A stretch of DNA of 64,000 nt, from assembly GCF_964194155.1 (NCBI RefSeq), contig NC_135879.1:157294001-157358000 (forward strand), written 5' to 3'. Positions 39,271 through 51,856 of this stretch are shown in pieces. This stretch comes from Cetorhinus maximus (taxonomy: Eukaryota). The translations under genes and the position numbers were made by a program. The notes under the pieces are model-generated. The model saw nothing but the letters and a program-made list of their open reading frames with translations. It did no database searches and was not told the origin of the DNA. The first letter of the stretch is position 1. Every line of letters starts with the position of its first letter.

Positions 39271-40216
39271 ATGGAGAAGAGCCCTCAAACAAGCTTATGC
39301 AGAAAGGATATAATGTCTGTTTCAAGTGCAGATAAAGAACACATATTTTGTCCTTATCAATATGATGGACAATGCATTTCCAGCTGGCAATGTGTACATG
39401 CTGCCTGGCTACCATACTGGGGCCTTGGTAGTTCATGTATTTTGCGCAAAGACAGGTCCTCTTCTCATTTCTGTAGGCCTTGCTGTCCTCCAATTTCCTC
39501 TTCAGTTGCTTGTAAGAGCCTTCCATTTTCAATTTCAGTATGACTAGGGGAAAGAATACATGAGGTGTTTTCTCATTGCCTTCCTCATGTGCCCTTAAAG
39601 GAAAAACATGCCCGCTTCCCAAAGAATCCTTCAGTTGTAAGCGGTTATTGCCCCTCAAGTTTCTAGCTCTTTTGTCAACACCGAAAATTTGCTAGTCCTG
39701 CCTTTGCCTTGGCTTGAAACCCTGAGCCTGAGACCCTTACCTGGGTTGGGACGGCTCGCAAAAGAGCAAGGACGACCTTTGTGGTCACAAAACACCCTGC
39801 TACTGTGAAGCAACCTAAAACTGGGTGTTGTACCGACCAATTTCTAGGTCATATTCTTTGTTTACAAAGTAGGGTATCTCAAAATAGCTCACAGAAACAC
39901 CATCACATCTGATATAATGTGCCATTATTAGTTTCCTGAAGATTAAGTAGGCCATATAGAGTGAAACATTTGAAAATGGCTACCCTTGGAGACTGATTTC
40001 AGGTACCTTTATAAGCCTACAGTACAATTTTCTACTTGATGTGTGCATGGGCAATGTTAATTTCCTAGGTGCAGAGTAAAGTGATTAATGGATGCCTGGA
40101 AACTTCAAGAAGTGACTGCGTACCATTTACTTAAAATGAATTATACAATGCTGGCATCTCCTTCAGCAACATGCATATTAGGGTTTTCAGTTAAAAGATT
40201 CATAATTTTTTCACAG

Positions 40217-40427
40217 ATAAAAGCTGTGGATAATGGACGCCCTCAGAAATCATCGGCAACTCGGCTGCACATTGAATGGATTGTGAAACCCAAGCCATCC
40301 CCTTTGCCATGGAATTTTGAAGAATCTTCATTTTCCTTTAGTGTCATGGAGAGTGATCCAGTTACTCACATGGTTGGAGTCATTGCTGTTGAACCTGCTG
40401 GCACTACCCTCTGGTTTGATATCACAG
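40217..40427 (+). CDS. FAT1: FAT1 coding exon (211 nt, phase 0-1; equivalent to human exon 6)
   Basis: tcacag|ATA AAA GCT...ATC ACA G|gtaagg. [27 protein letters not shown]...TLWFDITG. Confidence 0.97.
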
Positions 40428-43185
40428 GTAAGGAATGAGATGGCGTTCTTGCTAGTTAGGTTTTAATAATTTCCAAAGTAAACACCTCACTGAATTGGCT
40501 ACTTTGAAATATTTAATTGAATTCCATTGGGTACAAATTTCTTTTGGTTTTTCTTTCTTCTTGTCATTTTTCTCCCATCATCTCCTCTTTTAAATATGCC
40601 AACTCCCCCTGGGTACTTTTCAATAGGGCAAGGCATCCACCTTGCCTGCTGACTGGATAGTGAATTGTCTTCAGAAATCATTCACGGTTTTGAATCTTAA
40701 TTTTGAACCTTAAGTGGATTGTGGGAACCAAACCGCCCCCATGTCATGAAATTCTGGAGAATTGATGTTTTCCTTCAATGTCACATATGCAAGTCTTGAT
40801 TTTTAACATTGCACATGTCACATCCCACAAGATTCATTGGCTATCAATCAGGAGCAGAAACTCTGATTTTTTTTTAACAACCCTAATCTAGAGACACAGA
40901 TGATTATTATAGTGTCTTACTACTTTCTGAGCACGATCAGGCATATCACCCTGTGGTGCCTTGGAATGTCATGTCCCTCTGGCTCAATTACTGTTTTAAT
41001 AAACTAATTGATTGCTTTATCTTTTAAACTTCAAGTGCATTTTTTCATCTTTTTCCTGGAATCACTTTGATTATTAATGTATTATTCAATGTATAGAAAT
41101 GCTTAAATAAACAAATGGAATATGAAATACAGCAGGAACAGCAAACAATACTGCTGGCTTTGACATGCCCACAAATCAGACCCCAAACTGAAACGAAGTT
41201 TAATTTACAGAATGTGCATACAATTTACTGAATTTATATATCTACAAATAAATTCAATGTGCTGTTTGTAGACTGAATGGGTTCATAATAATAAATCTAA
41301 AATTACTTATTTTTGAAAATCAGGTTTGTAATTTAATTTTTCTTCTTGTGATCTTTACTATGTAACAGACTTGTGTGCTAACATAGGAAATAAAACAAAA
41401 AAAAAACAAGGCCCACAGACAAAAACATGTAATTGAGATTGTATAATGTTTTTCAGATATAAATTATCTAAATGTATTTAAATCAAATGTTTCAGAATTG
41501 TTGATTATGCCCAACCAAGGGATTTGTCCTGACTTGTCCTGCACTGACTTTGTCAGTGCAATCATGTGCATGTTAATTTGTGAATTGCAGCTTGAGTAAA
41601 ACCAGGAAAGTAAAGGATGATTTTGCAATCTGACACTCCTGGCAGAGAGCAGCGCTGAAAGGGACTACGTCACAGGAAGTCACAGGTGTGCAGCCTGTGA
41701 TTTTTCATCCATTCATTTAAATGGACAAAAAAAATCACAATGTATTGTCTGTGAATGCTGTTTCCTATCAGGAGTGCTGGATTGTGGAATCACTCTCATA
41801 ATGGATTTCTTTGGTTGACCTCTATTGTGTATCTTACCTTTAACTAGATTCTCGTTAACTAACCTCATCTCTTTTCTTTTCTATCCTTGCTGCCTTTTCT
41901 GTCTTCGACTGTGTTTCTGGCTCTGCAAGGTGACAAACAAGCTAGAGAAATGTTTTATATCTTTCAGATGGCTTGTGACTCGAACTGTACAGCAGAAGGT
42001 ATCTGCTGCCATCTCATAATTATACTTTGGTACTACATTATGAGATCTACTAATTAAATTTAGCAATGGAAATTATATTCTTTTTGCTCTGTTCGTAAAC
42101 TAAGAAAAACATGTTGCCCAAATAACTTATACTCATGTAGTAAGTATCATTGAATTAGCAAGTTAAACATATTGTATATTGTCAGTGGTTGCATATGCTG
42201 CTGCTTTTATGTTTAATTCAGTTGTTCTCCTCCGTTAATTCTATGTATATATCTGTCTATCAATATATTAAAAATATTACATCTATAGGTACCATCGGTA
42301 ACTTCCTCAATTATAATTTCTAAGTCTATTATCTATGGTGGAGACTGTCTATGCAAGCTTGTTGTCATTTCTCCCTTCTCCTTAATGGTATGCTGCAGCA
42401 CCACCATTGGCCGAAAGGTATAATTACGACACACGTTTACATAGACTGTTTCTATAATAAATGTGGAACTTATAATTAAAATAGATTATAACCCTTTAAA
42501 ATGAGGACTGAATTATCTCTGCATACCATGGTCCAGGTTGATAATTAACCTGCTAATCCTTTCAACATCTCCCTGCTATTCACCAAAGGGGGAATAGGTG
42601 TCAGAAGATATGAAACAAAAAACAAACTAGCATTTATATATAAACAATGGCCAAATTGGCTGAGTTACACCCTCTCAGATAAATTTGTGTTTCGTTTAGT
42701 TTCAGAACCATGCACTGTTTTGCTGAAATTGAAAGGGTTAGGAACTAAACAAAAAATTGAAGTTCTATTTAAGATATAAAATTGTTGGATTGATCAGCTA
42801 TTTTAACTTTTTACTCTGATTGGAAGGTAACTTTTAATAATGAAGGAAGCAATCAAAATTTGCCTACTCTGTGATTTTAACCCCTAATTAGATGCTTAGA
42901 TTGCTACCTCTCAGTGACCTTTATACCTGAAGTTATTAATATATTCATAAATTGAATTTGTACTGATTTGCTGATGACCTCAATGGTAGTTTTCTGAGCT
43001 CCTCCATGAAATAACAAATCATTTTAAATTAAATCATTTCCCACTGACATATCCACCAAGAAACTAGTAACATCACACTTGGGAATTGCAGTAGTATATT
43101 TTCAAGTACTGCAGAGTCTATTTTACAACTTTGCTTCCCCTTGCAAAATGGTCTACGTTGTGCTAAGGTCAAGGTAAATGCACAC

Positions 43186-44833
43186 CAGGCTTGCCAAACT
43201 TTTTGCTTTGTGGGGCATTTGCATTTTCTTCTCCCTCAAGGGACTGATGAGCAAATTTCAGAAAGATAAAGTTCGGCACAACTTTAAACTGATTTTTAAA
43301 AAAATATATTGGGGCCGTAAGAAAAGAAACAATTGCATGGCAAAAACAAAGCAATGTCATAGCAATAAGTTGTCAAATAAAAAAAGAATAATTAATAAAA
43401 ATGACCAGGGTGAGAGCCTGGGAGTGTGCGTGCCAGACTAACCCACTTCTTAGGGTGTTTACTCACTCAACCTCACCCACTATGAGTGGGTATGTGTTTA
43501 TGAGCTGCTGTGGGGCGGTGAGAGTAAGTGAGAAACCTGAGACTGGCAGTAAGGCAGACACACAATCACACCCCTCTTTCTCCTCGCCCCCACCCCCCCA
43601 CGCTCTTTCTCTCGCCCTCCTCCCCCGCCCTTTCTCGCGCTGTCCCCCCGCCCTTTCTCTCGCCCTCCTCCCCCGCCCTTCCTCTCGCCCTCCTCCCCCG
43701 CCCTTCCTCTCGGCCTCCTCCCCCGCCCTTCGTCTCGCCCTCCTCCCCCGCCCATCCTCTCGCCCTCCTCCCCCGCCCTTCCTCTCGCCCTCCTCCCCCG
43801 CCCTTCCTCTCGCCCTCCTCCCCCGCCCTTCCTCTCGCCCTCCTCCCCCGCCCTTCCTCTCGCCCTCCTCCCCCGCCCTTCCTCTCGCCCTCCTCCCCCG
43901 CCCTTCCTCTCGCCCTCCTCCCCCGCCCTTTCTCTCGCCCTCGCCCCGCCCTTTCTCTCGCCCTCGCCCCGCCCTTTCTCTCGCCCTCGCCCCGCCCTTT
44001 CTCTCGCCCTCGCCCCGCCCTTTCTCTCGCCCTCGCCCCGCCCTTTCTCTCGCCCTCGCCCCGCCCTTTCTCTCGCCCTCGCCCCGCCCTTTCTCTCGCC
44101 CTCGCCCCGCCCTTTCTCTCGCCCCGCCCTTTCTCTCGCCCCGCCCTTTCTCTCGCCCCGCCCTTTCCCTCGCCCCGCCCTTTCCCTCGCCCCGCCCTTT
44201 CCCTCGCCCCGCCCTTTCCCTCGCCCCGCCCTTTCCCTCGCCCCTCCTCCCCCGCCCTTTCCCTCGCCCTCCTCCCCCGCCCTTTCTCTCGCCCCTCCTC
44301 CCCCGCCCTTTCTCTCGCCCCTCCTCCCCCGCCCTTTCTCTCGCCCCTCCTCCCCGCCCTCTCTCTCACCCTCCTCCTCCCCCCGCCCTCCTCCTCCCCC
44401 CGCCCTCCTCCTCCCCCCGCCCTATCTGCCCCACACAGACACACATGCACTCAATCTCTCACACGCTCGATCTCTCACACGCAGCAGTTAGCACCCCCCC
44501 AAAGCCACCTGATCTGGGCCTCTGCAGCGGCCCACTCCCAGGCCTTACAGCCAGCCCCTCCTCCCTGTGGCCCCGGTGCTTTGGCCCCCCAGGCCCACTC
44601 CCTGCCCATCAGTCCCCCTGGGCCTGAACTCTCCGCCACTGGTGCTCGGTGCTCCTTCTCTCCCACATTTGCTATTGATAGGCTCACTAGTGAGCCTATC
44701 AGCAGCAAAGGCCTTTGTTTGGAGGAGCTGCTTTTGAAGAATCTTCCATCCCAACTTGCCTGTTTGACTGGCATTTTGAAAACTGGCTCTGGGACATAAA
44801 GGGGCTTTGCAGGCCACACATTAAACCAGCCTG
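43186..44833. mobile_element. hAT (Charlie-like) non-autonomous element hosting a minisatellite
   Basis: Ends caggcttgccaaa ... ttaaaccagcctg; 8-bp near-TSD atgcacac / atgtgcac (6 of 8 match); hAT-like subterminal ggggccgtaa and gcaggccacac. Confidence 0.6.
43600..44422. repeat. C/T-rich minisatellite with blocks of 25-, 23-, 17- and 26-bp units
   Basis: cctctcgccctcctcccccgccctt (25), tctctcgccctcgccccgccctt (23), ctttctctcgccccgcc (17), ctttctctcgcccctcctcccccgcc (26). Confidence 0.95.
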
Positions 44834-46553
44834 ATGTGCACCGTGCTGCTGCCTAAATGTAATCAGCAAATGATGGAAATAAGCCTGCCTTTTCTTGTTA
44901 AAACCATAGCTGTTAGAAACTGTTCCTAGTGAAAGCAAGAATTCCAATAATTCAGTTATACTTGTTTATGATATTGAAATTTCTGCCTCAGGTTGTCTTA
45001 AAACAAGCTGTTGGAGAATAGCTAAATTTGAAAATTGATAATGAATTAAGGGAGCAAAGTATTTGCATATTTATAAATACATCAACCATGTAAAACCATT
45101 TATTGTTCAGAGGCAAATCTGATAATTTGTCACATATATGAAAAATTAACATTGGAAAGGTGAGAACTAACATATTCAGCGTAGAGCAATGCTACCCAGA
45201 GCTTCTACTGTTCAGTACTAACTAATTCCTTTGAGGAAGTTTCATTGATAACTTCACTCTACCCAAAATCAAGAAGTATGTAACATAGTTGCAATTGAAC
45301 TTCAGTAAACCTCTCAAATGCACAAACTCATTTCTAAAACTCTATTCCATTTTTCCCCAGACCTCAAGCTGAGATGGTTGAGGGGTGATCCAGCTGAGGT
45401 GTTCAAAGTAATGAAGGAATTCAATAGGGTAGATATAGTGAGAGTTGCTTCCTTCTGGTGAGGGAATGCAGCAGAAGAATGCATAATCTTAAAGTTATAA
45501 CTAATCCATTTATTAGTCAAATTTGGAAGTACTTTCTACACAAAGGAGCTCTCTGCCCCAAAAAGCTGTGCGTGCCGGGTTAATTGAAATTTGAGACTGA
45601 GATTGAGGATTGGGCCAACCATGATCTGATTGAGTGACAGAACAGGCGTGATGGGCTGAATGAAACTCATGTTTGATGTTGTACATTGATTCCCTAGGAA
45701 TGCTAATATGTATAATTCAGTTAAAAAGTTGCTTCATCTTACAAAGAGCAGGTCTTGAAATTTATTTTTCTAAATGACCTTGAGGGATTCTATTCTCATG
45801 TATTGCACCAGTATGAAGCATGTGTTTTTCTAAAGTTTTAACAAGCCATCTGTGAGCATGAAACAGTTGGCTCAGAATGAGCATCATTATCGTATGAATA
45901 TTTTCTGACTTATTTCAGAATTGATTTTATGCACTAAGAAGTAGTTTTCTGTCAATTATATTGAATATTTATTAAGTGGGTGGCTAGTAAAAATTTGCAA
46001 AGACATTCGGTAAAATCTCAAAAGCATGGTTAAAAATATTAAACATTTGTGTTTTGGTGATAATGGTAAAAGGAGAATTAACTTAAAAGTTTAATGGTTT
46101 TGTTTCATTTTGAACTGTTTCAAGGTTCTTTATAATCCATGTGTATGAGAAGAAAAAATTGTACCTACATAGGTTAAGAACTTTTCTTGTTCACAAACTG
46201 TAATTCAAGATTCATGCATTTAATCTCAACATTTAACATCAAAATTACCTATGTCAATATTTATAACGGAAATCCATATATGAACACTTATAATGCAAAT
46301 ACCTGTTTTGATGTGCCATCTTTTGTTGTCACAGTTTGTTGATGAAGCAACTGAATTTCTGGAACCAAAAGACAGCGTTTCTTTTGCTCAGCAACTCAAA
46401 TTGTTAATATCTAAAATAAGTTCCTTTTGAGAAAATTAGACCTGCATTTTTATGATAACATTCTATTTATCCATTGAATTCTTTTCCCTGTCTTTTGTTA
46501 AAGATTTTACTTGAAGGCCGCCATCTGTCCCAAAAGCCCATACTTGGACTTGA

Positions 46554-46928
46554 CTTTTTTTTTATTTGATCTTGGGATGTGGGCGTCTTTGGCTAGGCCA
46601 GCATTTACTGCCCATCCCTAATTGCCTTTGTTCAGAGGGCATTTTCTTTTAGGAGTCAACCACATTGCTGTGGGTCTGGAGTCACATATAGGCCAGACCA
46701 GGTAAGGGTGGCAGATATCCTTCCCTAAAGGACATTAGTGAACCAGATGGGTTTTTACAACAAAAGATAATGGTTTTCTGGTCATCATCAGGCTTTTAAT
46801 TCCAGATTTTTATTGAATTCAAATTCCACCATTTGCCATGATGGGATTCAAACCCAGGTCCCCAGAGCATTACCCTGGGTTTCTGGATTACTAGTCCAGC
46901 GACAATGCCACTATGCCATCGCCTCCCC
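46554..46928 (-). mobile_element. Full-length family-A-derived bipartite tRNA SINE
   Basis: Reverse complement reads ggggaggcgatggcatagtgg...gggtttgaatccc...gccctctgaa|caaaggcaattagggatgggc...poly(A). Confidence 0.88.
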
Positions 46929-47264
46929 TCAATTTGCTCAGAGCTGTGTAATTTTGGGAAATGGAGGCAAATTCGGCAACCTGATAATGTTTACTACACA
47001 GAAATTCCTAGGGTGCATCAGTAGCTTGCAAGATAGATAAATGTTTAGGTGCCTCTATTTTTGTCATCAAATTGAGCTTGTTAACCAAGTTTGGTTGTTT
47101 TTCAAAATTATTTGAAGAAGACTGAGAGAACAAATTTCCAAATTCAAGTAAAATGTACATGAAGTTGATCTTTTCAAAACAATTACATAATTTCATTTCT
47201 GTCTGAGTGGACGATAAAAGCAGGATAGACCACTGTGGCCCCTTTCAATGATTATAAATTCCCT

Positions 47265-47956
47265 GGGCAGGAATTTCGGGTCATTGGGCGGGCGCGGCAG
47301 GTGGGCCCAGGAGCAGCCAGGAATCGGTCCACTACCCCCGATTAGCCCCCAACTGCGATTTCACGCTGGCTGGCCAGTTGCTGGCCAGCCAGCGTGAAAG
47401 ATGCGCTGCGAAGCTCAGCACTGCCGCGTTGGGGGCGGGAAGGGGGCGAGTACAAAAGTCTGCACATGCGCAGGGGAGCGCTAAGTGGAAGCTCCCTGAA
47501 GGCAGGGATTTGCCTCAGGGACCTGAGGAATTTTAAACTCAAAATTAAAGATTTTGACAATTCGGGAAAAAAATCCCCATGTAGGACTCACTTCACATGA
47601 ACAGAAACATAATAAAAAATTGTGTCAAAACATTTTTAAAAAATTAATGTCGGAAACCTGACCCCACCCCTGGACGAGGTTCCCTAAAAAATCCAAAGGC
47701 TGCCTGGCCGATTCTCCCGCTTGTCAATCGTAAGGTTGGACGGGCAGCGAGAAATTGTAGTTAATTGAAACTTTAATGGCCTTATTAGGCCTCTTAATTG
47801 TCGGCGGGCGTACTGCAGACTCCCACACGCACCTGCTGACCAAAACATCGTGCAAATGCGCGATGATGTCAGGATGCTTGCCCGACATCATCACGCGCTA
47901 CTTTATGCCCAATCGTGTCAGGTGCACGCCCGCCTGCGGGACGTAAAACCCTGCCC
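47265..47956 (+). mobile_element. CpG-rich PIF/Harbinger-type MITE
   Basis: TIRs gggcaggaattt / aaaaccctgccc; TSD cct. Confidence 0.85.
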
Positions 47957-47989
47957 CCTGTATACTTCAGAAAAAGCAAAATGTACAAT

Positions 47990-48667
47990 GGGCAGAATCT
48001 TGCCCTTGTCGGATGGGCTGTGCGGTGGCAGTTGGGAAGCTGCCCGCGATCGAGGCCGGACCGCGATTTCATGCTGGCGGGCCAATTAAGGCCCGTCCAG
48101 TGTGAAATGCGAGTGGTAGCGCTCAGTGCCTAGCCTGTGCGGCGGGGGGAGAGGGCAAGCAGGGCAAGCATGAACTTCGCACTTTCACGTGAGCGTGCGC
48201 TTCATAATCTCCCTGAGGCATAGGGCTGCCTCAGGGAGATGAAGCATTTTTTTAAAAAAAAAATATAGAAATTAAAAATGTAATAAGACATGTCTCCTCA
48301 TGTGACTCTGTTGCATGAGCAGGGACATGTTGTTAATTAAATTTTAAAATTTTTATTTTACTTTTATTTGCTTTAGGAAACCTCATCCTGCCCATGGATG
48401 TGGTTTCCTAATAAGTGCAAAGGTCACTTTGCCTTTTCACCTGCCCGCCAACAATAAGGTTGAACGGGCAGCGAAAAATTTATTTTAATTACTTTTCTAA
48501 TGGCCTTAATAGGCCTTTTAATTCTGCCGACTCCGGAGTGCGCCCGACAACCGAAATGTCTCGCGAGTGCGTGATGACACTGAGATGCTCACTCGATGTC
48601 ATCGCGCGTCATTTTACGCTCTGTTGGGTTGGGCACATACCTGCCCAACGAGCTAAAAATTTTGCCT
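47990..48667 (+). mobile_element. CpG-rich PIF/Harbinger-type MITE, 33 bp from the previous copy
   Basis: TIRs gggcagaatctt / aaaattttgcct; colinear with 38601-39270; TSD imperfect. Confidence 0.82.
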
Positions 48668-48704
48668 ATTGTTTTTCCTCATCCTCATGCTTTTTGGATT
48701 ACTT

Positions 48705-48972
48705 AAGTTTTTTTGTAATGGAATGTGGGTGTCACTAGCATTTGTTGCCCATTCGTAATTGCTCTTGAGTAAATGTTGTGAGCCGCTGCCTTGCACTGCT
48801 GCAGTTTGCGTTGTGTAGAGTGTTTAAGGATTTAGACCTAGCAACAATGAAGGGACAGTGATATAGTTCCAGGTCAAGATGGCCTGTGACTTGCAGCAGA
48901 TCTTGCAGGTAGTGGTGTTCCCATGCACCTGCTGCCCTTGTTCTTCTAGGTGGTAGAGATCATGGGTTTTAA
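48705..48972 (-). mobile_element. LINE family A 3' fragment
   Basis: agcatttgttgccc...gtgttcccatgcacctgctgcccttgttcttctag. Confidence 0.75.
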
Positions 48973-49785
48973 GGGGTGTAGATAGGTTAAGTGAGTGGGC
49001 AAAAGTTTGGCAGATGGAGTATAATGTTGGAAAATATGAGGTTGTCCACTTTGGCAGGAAGAATAGGACAGCAGAGTTTTGTTTAAATGGAGAGAGACTG
49101 CAGAATGCTGCAGCACAGCGGGACTTGGGTGTCCTTGTACATGAATCACAAAAACATAAACATGCAGGTACAGCAAATAATTAAGAAGACAAACGGAATG
49201 TTGGCCTTTATTGCAAGTGGGATGCAGCATAAAAGTAGGGAAGTCTTGCTACACTGTTTAGGCACAGTCTCACTAATGCACTTGAGTATTGTGTGCAGTT
49301 TTGGTCACCTTACTTAAGGTGGGACATACTTGCATTAGAGGCAGTTCAGAGAAAATTCAGTAGGCTGGTTCCTGGGATGAAGGGGTCTTATCAGGAACGT
49401 TTGAGCAGGTTGGGCCTATAGTTCAGAAGCATGAGAGGTGACAGGATAGATGTTGAGAGGATGTTTCCTCTCATGGGAGAATTTAGAACTAGGGTACAGA
49501 GTTTCAAAAGAAGCAATCTGGCATTTAAGATGGAGCTGAGGAGGAATTTCCTCTCTTAGAGGGTCATTAGTGTTTAGAAATCTCTCCTTCATCAAGCAGT
49601 GGAGGCTGGCTCATTGAATATATTCAAGGCAGAGTTAAACAGATGTTTGATCTACAAAGGAGTCGAGGGTTATGGGTGACAGGCAGGGAAGTGGAGTTAA
49701 GTCCACATCAGATCTGCCATGATTTTATTGACTGGTGGAGCATGCCTTAGGGGCAGAATGACCTCCTGCTGCTCCTATTTCTCAT
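48973..49785 (+). mobile_element. CR1 LINE 3' portion
   Basis: gataggttaagtgagtgggcaaaagtttggcagatggagtataatg...gagtattgtgtgcagttttggtc...ggggcagaatgacctcctgctgctcctattt. Confidence 0.88.
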
Positions 49786-49994
49786 GAAAGCAAACAGAGC
49801 CTTAATTACATTCGTTATTGTGATTTGTTGATAGTTGTGAAATAAAAATATTTCAATTATTAACATGTATAAGACAGAGAGAAAAAGAGACATGTCAATA
49901 GAGTAAGGCAAAAGATAAATAGATACACTTCCAGGGAACAATTGCAAAGCATCAAATTTAATGTTTGCACATACTCCCGGGATTACAAACAAGA

Positions 49995-50033
49995 TCTCTC
50001 TCGCTCTCACTCTCTCTCACGCTCTCTCATGCT

Positions 50034-50068
<35 letters not shown>
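49995..50068. repeat. (CT)n microsatellite, imperfect
   Basis: Direct observation; pure tract at about 50038-50068. Confidence 0.9.
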
Positions 50069-50071
<3 letters not shown>

Positions 50072-50514
50072 CCCCACTCCAAATGTTCAGGCATATACTG
50101 TTCCCCTCCTGTCACTGCTGACAAATACTAAACTAACAGTGAGGCAAACCTCTCAACAACCCATTCCCACTCCCTAGTCCTATGAAACTCCATGTTCCCC
50201 TTGCAATATAATGCCAAGCTAAATTATTGTATTTTTCATAATTTTATGTTTTCTTATTAATTGTGAAAATAAAATGTGGTTCTGAACCCGTTGAAGCACT
50301 GGTTAAAACAAAAAAGCCTCCCTTTTCTCTGAAGGTCCTTATTATGCAAAAAGAAGCCTTTTTCTGTGAAGTCACTTTGTCCAAGGTTCATTTCTTGTAT
50401 CTTTTTGCATGTTCAGTGAAGCAAGACCAATTTTTTTCATTTGTATGCAATCTGATGGCTGAGCAAGATCTGCTTATTTTTGTTATATCTACCTTTTCAT
50501 ATTCTTAAATCCAG

Positions 50515-50654
50515 GTGGCAACTATGACAGCCGATTTGATGTGGACAAAGGTAGTGGAACCATCATTGTTGCGAGACCACTTGATGCAGAACAGAAATCA
50601 AATTACAACTTGACAGTGGAGGCAACAGATGGAACAATGTCCATCCGCACTCAG
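50515..50654 (+). CDS. FAT1: FAT1 coding exon (140 nt, phase 1-0; equivalent to human exon 7)
   Basis: atccag|GT GGC AAC...ACT CAG|gtaatt. (G)GNYDSRFDVDKGSGTIIVARPLDAEQKSNYNLTVEATDGTMSIRTQ. Confidence 0.97.
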
Positions 50655-51856
50655 GTAATTGAATTCCTGATGAAGGATTTAGATTCAGCGAAGAAAATTT
50701 ACTTAAGTTCTTTTTTAGCCATTAGTGTTGCAAAACAGGAATTTCATTTTGAAGTTATTAGTTTATAGCTGTACAACATCTTCAATGTTGACCTGCTTTC
50801 TGGTGAAAGATTAATCTTGTGCTTCTCTGTCTATTTCATGTTCATTCAGAGGGTTTTTGTTTTATAAATTATCAATAGCATGTCATTTTTCAGTTTGTAG
50901 TTTTGAATTTGGCCTGCAGTTTGATCATTCTTTACTTAGCTTTTAATAAAAGCTGTAATAGATTGTTTTTGTTTTCTGCAGTAAAAAAAAATTGTACACA
51001 AATCTGGTCTTGTGCAGAGTTGCACAAGGTATTTTTTGTGGGTGAGGCATGGTTTGAATGTTACACAGCGAAGTACAACGTTTAAAAAAAAATAGACCAC
51101 TAAAGTTCCAAGTAATTATTTGTCTGCCATATCTAGGAACTTGGAAAAATTCAAGTAGTCAGTTTTAAATGAGATTTTAAAACATGCACATAAAATGGCC
51201 TGTAAAGCATAATATCCAGGTTCAAAAGTGGAACTAGAAACATTTATTTATGATGAGAAATTGCTACAGTACGAAACAGATTTCAATTTCAACACTAGCA
51301 CTGAACTGAAACTCTTTAAGATCCACTTCTGAAATAATAGTGACTACGATGCTCAGACTTGTGGAGTGTAAAGAAACAAAATTAATACAATTCTGAGATT
51401 TTATAAATGTTTTCTGAAGAAGAAAACTCCAAAGAGGAGGTTCTCTGTCCATGCTATTTGGACATTATATTAGTTCTAATAGTGGGACTGTAGCCGATTT
51501 GAATTTCATATTTTATAAATGTGAAAGCTGCAAATAAATTTTATGTTGCTGAAATAAAACATTGCAAGATTACAAGTAAATTGATATAGAAAAGAAACAG
51601 TAAGAGGTCAGTGAATAATTTGCTGACTTCTAAAGATAATGGAGTGAATTAGTGGTGTTTTATTCTGTTGAAAGGCAGAACTTGGTTAACAAATATCTGG
51701 GTAGTACTGGCTGGAAAGATTCTCAGCAAAGGATGCACAGTTTCACAGTTGTGTATGAACATTTTTGTAGCATAGGCAAAGGTCTTGTGACAGGATGACA
51801 AGATGGCAGGTCAGTGAACCCTTCTCTTGAATGGTGCATGAACTGGGGTTTAAGAA

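Noticed and set aside
39116-39658. 180-aa minus-strand ORF
   Set aside because: It spans a MITE boundary and has no recognisable motif, so it is likely a chance frame.
43600-44422. Possible CRISPR-like array
   Set aside because: Units are contiguous with no unique spacers, and the context is a eukaryotic intron.
43401-44799. Long ORFs of 408, 423 and 294 aa (Pro/Ser/Arg/Gly-rich)
   Set aside because: They are translations of the minisatellite, which lacks stop codons by composition. No domain or splice evidence.
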